A DNA stretch of 63,854 bases, the filler included, from Basidiobolus meristosporus CBS 931.73 (lineage: Eukaryota > Fungi > Basidiobolomycota), in the NCBI GenBank assembly GCA_002104905.1. It is 3 parts of 3 records of this genome, joined end to end, with 100 filler letters (N's around TTAATTAATTAA, not from the genome) between each part and the next. Parts side by side here need not be neighbours in the genome. Positions count along the whole stretch, not along the records: positions 38,228 to 63,854 come from MCFE01000927.1; 2 more parts are not named here. One strand, written 5' to 3'. Of the stretch, positions 44,162 to 57,527 are shown in pieces. A program made the position numbers and the translations under genes. Numbering within the stretch: the stretch's first letter is position 1; each line of letters opens with the position of its first letter. Under the pieces are notes generated by a model. It was given only the letters and a program-made list of their open reading frames with translations. It searched no databases and was not told the origin of the DNA.

Positions 44162-45418
44162 TCATCTTCTCCTGGGTTTTTTTCTCACAGGGATTACTAC
44201 TGAAGCATTTGGTAGTGACTCACTTTGCACACCTATACTACTTCCTGGCTGACTATCATCTTGGCTACTTGTGTATTTGTAGTCAGTATTTTGCCTCCTA
44301 GTTGATGAGTGCGATGCTGCAGCTTGGCCGTGCTGAATCGCTCCAACTGAACCAACTGAACCAACTGAACCGGCCTGTAGTGCCACGCGCTGACGCGTTC
44401 TTTTACTTGCCAAGGGCTCCGGTGGTTGAGTCACTTCATGTTGGTCATCATCAGTCAGTTCACCAGAAGTAACTTGCTGATGGTCAGGTGAAACGGCACG
44501 CGCAGGCACGCCTTGACGCGTTGAGATGGCCCTTGGCTGAGTTTGATGTGATGCCGCATGTTGACGCGACTCGGTCCGCTCCAATGGACTTGTGTCTAAA
44601 TGAGCAGCTTGGCAAGTTCTGGTAGTTTTGCTCTGAAGCGCGCGCGTTGACCCAACGCGCGTTGACTCAACGCGGGGCGTTCTGGTAAAGGGTGTTGGCG
44701 TGGTCTGGACTGACGTGCGCCGGCGTGCTGTGGTTGCAAGAGATGGTAGGGAATCCAGCAAGGCATGCTGGCGTGATCTGGACAATGTTGCTTGCGGTCT
44801 GTATTCTTCCTCCTGAAGCTCACCATCTGATTCCTCAAGGTATTCACTTACTCTCTGTCTGATACTTTGGAGCTGTTGCCTGGATGAGTCCTGTGTATAT
44901 TGCTCTCGGAAGCCACTTAGCTCTACTAATATATCACGTAGTACATTAGTCATTTGAGGCAAAAACTCATTCAAAATCTCTTTGGTTCCCAAAGTTGAGG
45001 CACGAACGGACGCGTCCGGCCCGTACTGTGCAAATTGCGCGCAAAATCGTTCCCGTGCGGCTTCCTTGTCAAATCCCCTCACTCTCAGCTCATTCTTGAT
45101 TTCAATACTTGTCTTGTTATATATCTTTTTACATACATCGGCTGGCATCTTGATGTAGAACTCATGCCACCGCTTTCTACTCAAATTCTTCCATCTTTGT
45201 TGACTCTCTGAGGTATCTAGTTCTGCTAGATTAGTCAGTAGTGCCCAAATATCTGTATGAAGGCTCATCATAGACACTTGGGCCATACTAAAATCATTTG
45301 GCAAGAACTCAAACGGATCCGACATCGACTTTTCCGGTCCGGACCGCGCTTGTGAGCTGGGGGATGGGTTTTGTCTGGGTTGTACTAAAGATGAGTTGAG
45401 GCTTGGTATGGGGACCAT
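44162..45418 (-). CDS. Accessory protein of the PHIS transposon, 418 aa, no recognisable domain
   Basis: Intact ORF; helical N-half and long S/T/Q/R-rich tail ending in a basic PVRKKPRRR (NLS-like). Confidence 0.75.
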   Translation of the reverse strand: MVPIPSLNSSLVQPRQNPSPSSQARSGPEKSMSDPFEFLPNDFSMAQVSMMSLHTDIWALLTNLAELDTSESQQRWKNLSRKRWHEFYIKMPADVCKKIYNKTSIEIKNELRVRGFDKEAARERFCAQFAQYGPDASVRASTLGTKEILNEFLPQMTNVLRDILVELSGFREQYTQDSSRQQLQSIRQRVSEYLEESDGELQEEEYRPQATLSRSRQHALLDSLPSLATTARRRTSVQTTPTPFTRTPRVESTRVGSTRALQSKTTRTCQAAHLDTSPLERTESRQHAASHQTQPRAISTRQGVPARAVSPDHQQVTSGELTDDDQHEVTQPPEPLASKRTRQRVALQAGSVGSVGSVGAIQHGQAAASHSSTRRQNTDYKYTSSQDDSQPGSSIGVQSESLPNASVVIPVRKKPRRR

Positions 45419-45777
45419 AGCAACGGATTTGGATACTTATACAGCAGTATATTGGCATCAACCTGGTCTTATATGAAATATATATGAAAACTAAAGTGAT
45501 TGTTGAATTTTCCATATATTATGCATGATGCATCTCGGATCGCGTTGACATGGATCAGATCACATCAATTGCAGATTTCCTATTTGATTATAGACCTATG
45601 ATTAAAGCATCAATAAAAGTACCAAGGCATTGTTTGCGGATGATTTTTGCGACATAATGATGGGATACATGGCAATTGATGGAGATTTAACCATAATGTG
45701 TTAAAAATCAGATAAATAACGCAGATTGCGTTGAATTGATTCAAACTGCCACCATACGATCATCCATCAATTTTAAT

Positions 45778-46661
45778 ATGACTTACTCATCTGAATGGTC
45801 TTTTCTCATCAATCCCATCACTACAACTGGATTTCCTTTTGACACACTGGAGGAGATCTATTCCAAGTACTGTGGACCATCAACCCCAATCTACTCAAGG
45901 AGATCCCTTGTTAAGCTTCTCTGCTATTACAAGAACTATTGCCCTACAAGGTTTCATCCCACCATCCATGGCAACAAAAGTCCTAGAAGCTTTCATTCCC
46001 AGCTGACAGCAATGGAGAACCACCTTGCAGAGGGTATGAATGACTTAGAGCAAGCTTGGAATACAGGTTCAGAAGCTCCAATAGACTTCCATATCCCAGA
46101 GTGTTCAGCAACAGGTTCCATATCAGGAGTATTTTGGATACCTTCCCAGTGAGGATTAACAGACCTTCTAGAGGGCAGAGGCACTTTTATTCTGGCAAGT
46201 ACAAGGCACACTGTGAGAAGTTTCAAGCACTGTCTGACATTGAGGGTAACATCATCTGGTTTAGTGGGCCATTTGCTGGAAGTAGGCATGACAAAGCACT
46301 CTGGGTAGAGAATCATCCTGAATTCAGTAGAGGGGAGAAATGTATGGCAGACTTGGCCTATATAGGAGAGGATTGTCAGAGATTAGGATGTATTACAGCT
46401 TATAGGAAGCCAAGGAATGGTGTGCTTAGCAGGAAGCAGAAGCTCTACAATGAGATATTTAATCATTTCAGAGTAAGGGTAGAGCACACATTTGGATATC
46501 TGAAGAGATTCAGCATATTGGCAGGTAAATACAGAGGAAAGTCATATATAGGAGAAAACAGCAGAATAGGTAAAATAGTTAAGATACTTATCAATGCACA
46601 GTATGTTCATACAAGAAGACATCCACTGAGAGAAATGTGTCTGGAGCATTATGAAGAGTAA
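45778..46661 (+). pseudogene. DDE_Tnp_4-type transposase, copy 1, with a 1-nt frameshift
   Basis: Missing T at ~46064 (AATACAGG vs AATACTAGG in copy 2). Confidence 0.85.
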
Positions 46662-46899
46662 ATAAAGCAAGGAAAGCACTATTCTGAGCAACATAAGTAA
46701 GATTGAGTAAAATTACCAGTAACTGTATCATACCACTGGCATCATGGTAGAAATTATAGTGCCAGATAGTGCCGTAGAGTGCCAGATTGATCCAGCACTA
46801 TAAACTGGCTGGCACTATGTGGCACTATCCAATGGAACAAGTCTTTTAACTGACTCTATCATGCTACTGGTTGACATTCACACTTTTGATCTTTAGAGC

Positions 46900-47330
46900 C
46901 AATTCAGTATCAAGCAAGCTTTATATAAATCAAAAGTTCATCAACATGGGGAAGAAGCCAGATGATGACATACTACAACTCATTACCAGAATAGAGATAC
47001 TAGCAGAAGAACTATACAGTATTAATGCTTGTGTAGATGATGAAGAAAAGATAGTCTGTCTGCTTTGTAGCCTACCAGACAAGTGTGGGCCACTCATAAT
47101 TTCTTTTCAAAGTAGAGAAGACAATTTGACCTTAGAGTATGTCATAAGAAACTTCTCCATGAAGAACTCAGATGTAATGATCAAGTGGAGAAATTGAGGA
47201 GAACTCTTTATTCAGCTCAGAAAGGCACACAGAAAAGAAGGGAAAGCAACAAAACCAAAGAAAACCTGGATGCTGTAAGTATTGTAAGAAGCCAGGGCAC
47301 TGGGCAAAAGAATGCAATAAGAAGCCAGCC
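46900..47330 (+). mobile_element. Copia B gag fragment
   Basis: KKPDDDILQLITRIEILAEELYSINACVDDEEK matches ORF 41647-42819. Confidence 0.75.
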
Positions 47331-49440
47331 AACAAAAAACACACTCAAGAATGAACTTGCTAAGCTGCCAAACTCAAGAATACCTGACTTCAGGAAAGAG
47401 TTTACTCTGTGCACAGATGCTTCAAATTATGCAATTGGTGGAGTGTTGAGCCAAGAACACAAGGGAAAGGAGAACCCTGTTGCCTTTGAATCCATCAAAC
47501 TGAACTCAGTAGAACAAAACAATCCAGTGCATGAGAAGGAGATGCTTGCTATAATACACTGTTTGAAGTCATGGAGATGCTATATTGAAGGAGTCAAATG
47601 CACTGTGAAAACTGATCATGCCTCAGTCAAGTATATATTTACTCAGAAGGTACTCTCTAGAAGAATGATAAGATGGAGTGAATACATTCAGCAATTTGAT
47701 TTAGAGATTGTCTTCTGCCCTGGAAAACACAACATGGTTGCTGATGTCTTATCAAGATTAGAACAAGTTGCACAACTCAACTTGGTGCATGAATTGGATT
47801 GGCCTAGCCTATTACCAAAGTACTTGGAGGACCAAGCCATTCCTAATGAGGTGGATGAAGATATCAAGAAGATAATCCGGGATGAAGCCAACAAGTTTAT
47901 AGTACAGGATGAAGCACTCTACCAAGTTGTTGATGGAGGCCTTATTGCCTATTGCCCTTATGTTGCTTGCTTGGATTTAATACATAAGCTACACAATGGA
48001 TATGGACATCTTGGAACTGACGCAACTTACAGCCTAGTGAAAGCCAGAGTATGGTGGTCTAGAATGTAACATGACATTAAGAAGCTAGTGAAAACATGCC
48101 CAAATGCCAAATCAAACAAGGCCAACCACAGAGAATTACCAAACTCTTTCCCTTGGTGCCTGTAAGACCATTTGAAAGATGGGGAATTGACTTTATTGGA
48201 AGACTGCCAACTACCAGGAGAAGCAACTGTTGGATCCTAGTAGCAATTGACCATGCCATTAAATGGCCAGTGGCAAAGCTGTACCTATAGCCAGTGAGGA
48301 AGAAGTTGCAAGTTTCATCTATCATGAGATCCTTATGAAGTTTGGATGCCCTGCAGTGATTCTATCTAATAGAGGTGCAAACCTTATGGCAAAGACATTG
48401 GAAGCTTACCTGTAAGTGCAGCAGATTAAACACTTGAAAACCTTGGCATATCACCCCAGAACTAATGGAGTCACTGAACGGTTTAATGGTTTATTTGTAA
48501 GAATGCTGACCAAGTATGCAAATGGAGTTGTCAGTATATGGGATGAGTATATAGACCAAGCACTCATAGCATGCAGAGTCAGAGTACACAACACCACCCA
48601 ACAATTGCCATTTTACTTAGTGTATGGATGTGAACCAAGGATTCCAGGGGATCTCACACAACCAAAGCTTACAGACACCTTAGAAGATGAACTCAGTCAG
48701 CCAAGTAGATACCAGCAAATGCCACAAAGATGTCAAGAGGCACAGACCAAAGTATCTCAAAGTGCAGAAAAGATGAGGTAGAGATTTGATAAGACTATAG
48801 CACCAGAAGCATTAACAGTTGGGAACTTTGTATTGCTAAGAAACAATACTTGGAAGAAGCTTGAGCCACAATGGACAAGACCATTCAAGATCATCAGAGA
48901 ACGTCCATTTGCAACTTACCAACTAGTGGACAAACAAGGCAATATACATGAGGACTTAGTACATAGGGACAGACTCAAGCTTGCAAGACTTGCTGATAAT
49001 ACTGAACCATCAAGATATTGGTATCACAAGAAATGAGGTTCAAGAGAACCCTATTGGCTCTAGTAGGGGAGAATATTATGATCTGCTACTTGAATGTTTA
49101 GGTTTGATCAGTTCTTAGTCAAGTCAATTAGTTATATGTTTAGCTTATCAGTATATCAGTATCTTCTATCAAATTGGTAGCATTAGTCAGCAATTGAATC
49201 AGCAGAACCTTATCATACAGAAATAGATATATTAAGAAGGATCTTATTAGGTGATGATGATGCAATCAAATGAGTCATCAGCCACAGCCTACATTAGGAA
49301 ATAAATTGGTAAGCAATTCATCTGGAAAAATGTATATAAGGAGCGGCTGGAACCTCAATAAAAGTGAGTTCAAGTTTTAGTGAATAAAATACTAGCTAGA
49401 CTCCCTATTCCTCTACAACTCTTACACCAAGACTTGTAAT
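47330..49440 (+). mobile_element. Decayed gypsy RNase H/integrase and probable 3' LTR
   Basis: TDASNYAIGGVLSQ, HEKEMLAI, TDHASV, GHLG..T, WGIDFIGRLP, YHPRTNG; purine tract at ~49063, then non-coding sequence repeated in reverse at ~50860-51150. Confidence 0.78.
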
Positions 49441-50650
49441 ACAAGTGACCAAGATATACTTAAACAGACAAAATCAGATCTCTTCAGCATGGCTGAGATC
49501 AAAGATCTTAGAAAATAGAGTTATTTCCTTGAAGTTAAAGTAATTTCAACATACCTACGCAGGAAACTGTGCTGAATCAGTCTAAGTACACTAGGGAGAG
49601 TCTTAGGCACTTCTAAATGTAAAATTGCATGCCTGCAGCTACCTATATGGACAATAATCTAAAGTTGATCAAATCTCAGCCAGTTTTTTGAGAAAATGGC
49701 TCTAATATGGGCCAAAGCTTTCCCTATCAATCAATGGTTTATAGCCTGATGTACGTGATAGTGTCAACATGTCCAGATATTGCAGTGGCAGTTGGGACAG
49801 TAAGTTGACTCATGCACAATTATTGATTGGATCAGATCACAGCAGTTAAGCAGATTTTGAGATACTTACTACCTACCACACATATGGTACTTGATTACTC
49901 TGGAGCAGCTAATAGGCAGAAATGTGATGGTTATAGTGATTCAGATTGGTGTAGAGATCTGATTGACAGATGCTCTACCACTGTGTATGTATATCTTTAT
50001 GCTGGTGCATATATTACTTGGAATTACAAGAAACAACCAACTGTGGCCCTATCTACAACTGAAGCTGAATATATGGCTGCTTACCAAGTAGCTAAGGTGG
50101 CTATATGGCTATGGAAATTATTCAAAGACTTGGGCTTTAATTCAGATAAACCAACATGAATTTTCAAATATAATCAAAGTTATATTTCAATAGCTTGAAA
50201 TCCTACTACTCATGCCTGAACTAAGCACACAGATATAGTACTCCACTTTGTGAGAGAAGCTGTCAAAAACAACTTGGTAGAGTTAGTTTACTATCTAACT
50301 GACAAAATGGTGGCAGATGTATTGACAAAACCACCAGCTAGATCACAAATTGAGAATCTTCAAGAGGAATTAGGATTAGGAAGTTATTTAGTTAAGGGGG
50401 AGTGCTGAGATATTGGACTATTTAGTAACATTCAGCAGCTAAAAATTACTTAACAATTCTAAACTAGTCTTGGTCACTGTAGGACTAATTTGCAGCCCCT
50501 ACTTTGCCAGTTTCTTCACATCTCTTATCCTATAATTACACCCCTGTAGTGATGATCAATTTAACATTTTTTGCAAATGCTATGTACTAACCCTGAAACT
50601 GTTACAGAACGCTCCTGAATGTTAACAAACCCTCCATACTTAGTGTTACA
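49440..50650 (+). mobile_element. Copia B RT/RNase H fragment with 3' LTR (50403-50650)
   Basis: GYSDSDW..DLIDRCSTT, KQPTVALSTTEAEYMA; PPT GTTAAGGGGGAG; LTR matches the reverse complement of 38228-38464. Confidence 0.82.
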
Positions 50651-50829
50651 GCTGTACTACTTCTACAAAGGTAATAATACTGATCCTCTTCATGAAGAAA
50701 CAACAGTTCAACTGTGATCATTATTTCTTGATAAGTTCCTTTTATCCAAATTACTTCTTAAATTGCAACAGCTTCTTCTTTCTTCAGGGGGGAGGTTTCT
50801 GGTCAATGCTGTTGCTAATATTACAAGCC

Positions 50830-53221
50830 CTGATATGAGAGTGGTAGAGGGACACTAGTTTAGCCAGTAAAGTATTCACTAAAACTTGAACCAATTTTGT
50901 TGAGGTTCCAGCTGCTCTTTATATATATTTTGCCAGATAATTTGCAGACTAATCCAATTTCCTATTGTGTGATGTGGCTGATGACTTATTTGAGTGCATC
51001 ATCAAGACCCAATTAGATTTTACTTGATTTATCCATTTCTTTCTCATAAGGCTCAGCTGACTCTGCTGTTGACTAACACCACTAATTTGGTAGATCATAC
51101 TGGTATCATGATAGGCTAAACAGAAGACTATATGATATTCCTACAAACTAGTCCTATTTAAACTTTCAAGCTGTGGATCATAACATATGTACTGGATAGC
51201 TTTGCTCTGCTGGGTTCAGTTTCTTGAATTCAAAAGCAGCTGGGTATTCCTTTCCCACATGTTTTTGGCTCAGTACTCCAGCAATTCAATAATCCAATGC
51301 ATCTGTGTAGAGTGTAAAATCTTTTCTGAAGTCAGATATTCTCAGCCTTATCAGCATTCAAAGTGATTTATTTCTGTTGAAACTTCAGTTGTTCCTCAAT
51401 TGCCAGTTGTAATAACCCATACAAGTCCCTATACCCTACACTAACATTAAGCCCAACACCACACTCAACAAGTAACTCCATCAAAATCTACCACTCAATA
51501 AGTATTTCTGCTATATCACTCCATTTCTATGAAATTAGTGGGAGCCCAACAGCTTTATGCCACTGTTCTTTCACTGGTTCCCATATATCCTGATCTTCAG
51601 CTGACACTTAAAGGTCTAGCACCTCATCTGCCAGTCATTGCAAAAAAGTCCTGCAATATTCAAGTGAGTACAGCTCTTGAAGATGTGCTGCAACCTCCTG
51701 GAGGGCCTATTAATGCTCCACAGTTCCACTGAAGGCATTGTGATAACATTTTGAGTTCTTGACATTGATACTGTGTCTGTCAGTTGAATCTCCATTCTGT
51801 TAGCAATGTTGCCTTACTCTACAAGCTCATCTACCCCGCTGGAGTGTAGCACAACTGGCTGCACTTCCAACACTTGTGAGAGCAACAGTTCTCTTGTTGG
51901 TAACTCTCATTGGCAATGATGGGTTTCAGTCTGCTCTGGGCTTACAGTATTAATTGTCAAGAGCTGCAATTAATTGGCAGGAACTTCAGCTTTTATCTCA
52001 TGCCTCCCTGTCTCTGGCTTGGGTAGACTTTTTTAGCTTTACCTTTTCCTTTTTCACTGCCAGGTCTTGCACTACTACTTTGTCTGAGTGCTTATTGTAT
52101 TGAACTATATTTTCTCTTTGCTAAATACTACTCTGATGCATATGATTACCCTGCTTGTCCCTTACTGGCACTCTGCAGGCAACCTAATACTTCTTTCCTG
52201 CTTGTCTCAAGGTCTCAGCCCATGGTGTGATAGGCTCCTGAGGTAGCTGCTAGTTCTTATCACCGCCAGATCCTTCACTGTTACTTTGACTGAGTGCTTC
52301 TTGAGTAGAACTACACGTTTTCCTTGGAAAATGTTGTACTGGTGCATCTGTGTCTGCCTGCTTTTCCCTGATCAGCACTCTTTTATCTACCTGATGGCTC
52401 TTTGATGCTTGTTTGGACCTTTTGGCCCTACTTGTAGCAGGCTCTTGAGAAAGCTGCTGGTTTTTAGTCATTGTACCTTTGTTCTTCAGCCTCTGATAGC
52501 TTCTGCTATTCTTGAAATACTTTCTTAGCATACCAATGCTAGCCCAAGATCTGTGTGCTTTTTTGAATCCAGCATAATGCTAATAGAACAAGTCAAGTGC
52601 ATTCTGCTTGGCCTTGAGCTGCTGATGGTCACATGATATGCTGGCCTTAAGGTGTTGGCATGCTTGACTTCTAATGGCCTCTTGAATATTAGCCCACTGT
52701 TTGTCATTACACTCAGCAGCTTCACAGATCTTCAATTTCTTTTGACTTTTAGGCTTTAATGTCAACACTAGACTTTCTGCCTCCCCTGCTGCGATAGGTT
52801 TTCCTGTGGGCTTTATCTTTGGGCACTGTTGTTGTGCTTCAAAGACTCTGCGGTGGTCTGCTGCAGTTACATTGGGAAATGGCTCAGCTCTTGGCTGTGA
52901 AATTGAGCAACTTGAGTATCTTTTTTTCAGCAAAAACACTGCTTTCTCTACATGGGACATTGATTACTCCACACCTTTTATCCACACAGCCTGGTTCTGG
53001 ACTATTTCCTGATTTCTCTGGGCCGTTGCATCCATCCTATCACCTACTGCACCTAATAGGCTCATTGATGCTTTGGTAAGAGCTGACAGAATACTTGCTA
53101 ATATGGGTAGTGGTGTTGTTTTGATGGCTACTTGCTGGTCTTCAACTGAAGATACTGGTTTTGCTACATTCTCAACTGCCTCAGTATTATGGTCAGCTTG
53201 CAGCTCCACAGAGATTCCCAA
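50830..53221 (-). mobile_element. Highly decayed gypsy relic (LTR-like, RNase H, gag-like pieces)
   Basis: Reverse complement gives LRISDFRKDFTLYTDA..AGVLSQKHVGKEYP, a paralog of 47330-47500; remainder fragmented. Confidence 0.5.
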
Positions 53222-55041
53222 TTACCTACATGACTAAGAGCCTGAAAAGCTCACATTATTCCCTTCAGTGGGCACCCTATCCACAGGGTGTTTATTGGTT
53301 GTAGCCCCACTTGTCAAACAGAATTGCAAAGTAAGCTGTTGTCAAGTCATTCTTCTGCTGCTGTCATCAGTGGGGTTTGGTTAGGAGCCAGGCAACTCAA
53401 TCCATACATACCATCAAGACCCCATCAGGAGACTGCTATAGTATCAGCAGCTTGGAATTAATGATCATCCACACATTCTTATGACCAGATTCCAACAGAG
53501 CATGGCTAATTTATAGCCAAATAAAGTTAAAGGCAAAACTGAATTTGTAGAGTATTTTGCCAAGGATGGCATGGCATTGTTGTGGTCTTAATATGCTCCA
53601 CAACTATTTAAGTGGATCTAACTAGCCAGTACATACAATTGCCTTATATGGCAAAAAACATGGCAGTATTTTGATGGCCTCATTGCAAGCCTCTAATGGC
53701 ATTATTACAGCAGTGTGGCCAGTGACAGCTAGTTCTATAGAATGCTACCATACCAATTTACCAAATGGTATTTCTTTTTTCTACCTCCCCTTGTGCAATT
53801 TATATATTCCACTGCAGAAGCACCCCTCTTTATTTGCTTGAACACTACTAATGTGGGTATTCCACATATTGCTCAAATCAAAAAATATTATGGCCTTCTG
53901 CTTGCTAACCTCCATAAATATGCACACCTGCTGCAAGTAACATACTTCTGTAACCTCAACTTTACAGCTTTTTAGTGTGAAACTTGCAAAGTAACCATAT
54001 ATCTTGTATTGCTGGCAACATACACATCATGCAGACATATGCTTGGTTGCAACCACTTCTGCCATGCATACCTCCTGATTATCTGCAAGGAATTTTTAGG
54101 TATTTAGCCAATATATTCCTTCTCACTGCTGGATTCTGGTCCCCTGTATAGGTGTATTCTAGCTCTTGTTTGTGTGATTCTATGTTGCATGATGTAGAAA
54201 TTGGCTTGCAACCAAAAGAAATCTGTCTATCTTGGTAGCGTTCTCCTAATAGAAATAAGTTACTAGTTGCACACAACCTAACTTTGCATCACTAAACTAG
54301 ACTTGTTCCATCGTACTGTGCCAGGGCGCGCGGCACAATCTGCGGTTGCAAAGAACAATCGGGCGCGATATTATAGCTACCAGAAGGCAGGATCATTCTT
54401 GGACGATTTTGCACTATGCGGGATGATCTTGCACACTATGGCACAATCTGACACAATGAGGTTGGCGCGGATGATGGCGCCAACTCGTAATGCTTGCTTC
54501 ACGTGCGCAATCGGATACCGCTATAATGGCAGGTAAAATCCGGTATTTGGATATGTTTCTTTAATGTAAATGGAAATAAATGTGTATCACACTATAAAAT
54601 ACACTGATACTTACCATTTTGGTTACCCTCACTCCAATTGGACGGTATCTCAGTGGTTAATTGGTCCAAAAGTATCCTGAAGCTGGCAGCCCCCAATTGG
54701 CTCATTGACTACTGAAAAAGCTACCTGATTTGCCATCAAATATCCCATTTTGCCCATTGAGCAAGTAAATCCCTGATCCTAGTGATTGGGCAAGGTGTCA
54801 TAGCTAGCACGCAAGCAATTGTGTAGGTGCGAAACAGATCCAATAGCTGCACTGGTATTACAGATGACGTATATATATGCAGGGTGTTTATTTAGAGGGG
54901 TTCTGTCTCAAATGTGAGACGACCTTGATATTACTTATATCAAAAATTTGATGATCACTGATTTGCGATGGCTCAATTTGGATTGCAAAAAAAAAGGGTT
55001 GTCGGGATCATTACAAATGTGAGCAATTCAAGGCAATTGCA

Positions 55042-56283
55042 TCATCTTCTCCTGGGTTTTTTTCTCACAGGGATTACTACTGAAGCATTTGGTAGTGACT
55101 CACTTTGCACACCTATACTACTTCCTGGCTGACTATCATCTTGGCTACTTGTGTATTTGTAGTCAGTATTTTGCCTCCTAGTTGATGAGTGCAATGCTGC
55201 AGCTTGACCATGCTGAATCGCTCCGACTGAACCAACTGAACCAACTGAACCGGCCTGTAGTGCCACGCGCTGACGTGTTCTTTTACTTGCCAAGGGCTCT
55301 GGTGGTTGAGTCACTTCATGTTGGTCATCATCAGTCAGTTCACCAGAAGTAACTCGCTGATGGTCAGGCAAAACGGCACGCGCAGGCACGCCTTGACGCG
55401 TTGAGATGGCCCTTGGCTGAGTTCAATGTGATGCCGCATGTTAACACAACTCGGTCCGCTCCAATGGACTTGTGTCTAAATGAGCAGTTTGGCGAGTTCT
55501 GATAGTTTTGCTCTGAAGCGCTCGCGTTGACTTGACGCGGGGTGTTCTGGTAAAGGGTGTTGGCATGGTCTGGACTGACGTGCACCGGCGTGCTGTGGTT
55601 GCAAGAGATGGTAGGGAATCCAGCAAGGCGTGCTGGCGTGATCTAGACGATGTTGCTTGCGGTCTGTATTCTTCCTCCTGAAGCTCACCATCTGATTCCT
55701 CAAGGTATTCACTTACCCTCTGTATGATACTTTGGAGCTGTTGCCTGGATGAGTCCCGTGTATATTGCTCTTGGAAGCCACTTAGCTCTACTAATATATC
55801 ACGTAGTACATTTGTCATTTGAGGCAAAAACTCATTCAAAATCTCTTTGGTTCCCAAAGTTCAGGCACAAACGGACTTGTCCGGCCCGTACTGTGCAAAT
55901 TGCGCACAAAATTGTTCCCGCGTGGCTTCCTCGTCAAATCCCCTCACTCTCAGCTCATTCTTGATTTCAATACTTGTCTTGTTATATATCTTTTTACATA
56001 CATCGGCTGGCATCTTGATGTAGAACTCATGCCACAGCTTTCTACTCAAATTCTTCCATCTTTGTCGACTCTCTGAGGTATCTAGTTCTGCTAGATTAAT
56101 CAGTAGTGCCCAAATATCTGTATGAAGGCTCATCATAGACACTTGGGCCATACTAAAATCATTTGGCAAGAACTCAAACGGCTCCGACATAGACTTTTCC
56201 GGTCCGGACCGCGCTTGTGAGCTGGGGGATGGGTTTTGTCTGGGTTGTACTAAAGATGAGTTGAGGCTTGGTATGGGGACCAT
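55042..56283 (-). pseudogene. Accessory gene of PHIS copy 2, with two in-frame nonsense codons
   Basis: TCA->TGA at 55861-55863 and CAA->TAA at 55441-55443 relative to copy 1; also a 15-nt deletion. Confidence 0.85.
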
Positions 56284-56642
56284 AGCAACGGATTTGGATA
56301 CTTATACAGCAGTATATTGGCATCAACCTGGTCTTATATGAAATGTATATGAAAACTAAAGTGATTGTTGAATTTTCCATATATTATGCATGATGCATCT
56401 CGGATTGCGTTGACACGGATCAGATCACATCAATTGCAGATTTCCTATTTGATTATAGACCTATGATTAAAGCATCAATAAAAGTACCAAGGCATTGTTT
56501 GCGGATGATTTTTGCGACATAATGATGGGATACATGGCAATTGATGGAGATTTAACCATAATGTGTTAAAAATCAGATAAATAACGCAGATCACGCCAAA
56601 TCAATTCAAACTGCCTCCATACAATCATCCATCAATTTTAAT

Positions 56643-57527
56643 ATGACTTACTCATCTGAATGGTCTTTTCTCATCAATCCCATCACTACCACTGGATTTC
56701 CTTTTGACACACTGGAGGAGATCTATTCCAAGTACTGTGGACCATCAACCCCAATCTACTCAAGGAGATCCCTTGTTAAGCTTCTCTGCTATTACAAGAA
56801 CTATTGCCCTACAAGGTTTCATCCCACCATCCATGGCAACAAAAGTCCTAGAAGCTTTCATTCCCAGCTGACAGCAATGGAGAACCACCTTGCAGAGGGT
56901 ATGAATGACTTAGAGCAAGCTTGGAATACTAGGTTCAGAAGCTCCAATAGACTTCCATATCCCAGAGTGTTCAGCAACAGGTTCCATATCAGGAGTATTT
57001 TGGATACCTTCCCAGTGAGGATTAACAGACCTTCTAGAGGGCAGAGGCACTTTTATTCTGGCAAGTACAAGGCACACTGTGAGAAGTTTCAAGCACTGTC
57101 TGACATTGAGGGTAACATCATCTGGTTTAGTGGGCCATTTGCTGGAAGTAGGCATGACAAAGCACTCTGGGTAGAGAATCATCCTGAATTCAGTAGAGGG
57201 GAGAAATGTATGGCAGACTTAGCCTATATAGGAGAGGATTGTCAGAGATTAGGATGTATTACAGCTTATAGGAAGCCAAGGAATGGTGTGCTTAGCAGGA
57301 AGCAGAAGCTCTACAATGAGATATTTAATCATTTCAGAGTAAGGGTAGAGCACACATTTGGATATCTGAAGAGACTCAGCATATTGGCAGGTAAATACAG
57401 AGGAAAGTCATATATAGGAGAAAACAGCAGATTAGGTAAAATAGTTAAGATACTTATCAATGCACAGTATGTTCATACAAGAAGACATCCACTGAGAGAA
57501 ATGTGTCTGGAGCATTATGAAGAGTAA
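56643..57527 (+). CDS. Intact DDE_Tnp_4 (IS5/Harbinger-like) transposase, 294 aa
   Basis: ILDTFPVRINRP, FYSGKYKAH, GPFAGSRHD, MADLAYIG, RVRVEHTFGYLK. Confidence 0.9.
   Translation: MTYSSEWSFLINPITTTGFPFDTLEEIYSKYCGPSTPIYSRRSLVKLLCYYKNYCPTRFHPTIHGNKSPRSFHSQLTAMENHLAEGMNDLEQAWNTRFRSSNRLPYPRVFSNRFHIRSILDTFPVRINRPSRGQRHFYSGKYKAHCEKFQALSDIEGNIIWFSGPFAGSRHDKALWVENHPEFSRGEKCMADLAYIGEDCQRLGCITAYRKPRNGVLSRKQKLYNEIFNHFRVRVEHTFGYLKRLSILAGKYRGKSYIGENSRLGKIVKILINAQYVHTRRHPLREMCLEHYEE

Larger units (their letters stand above)
43439..46844. mobile_element. PHIS-superfamily (Harbinger-related, Pangu-like) DNA transposon, copy 1
   Basis: TIR AGACTTGTTCCAT...ATGGAACAAGTCT; TSD TTT/TTT; two divergent genes. 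Confidence 0.9.
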
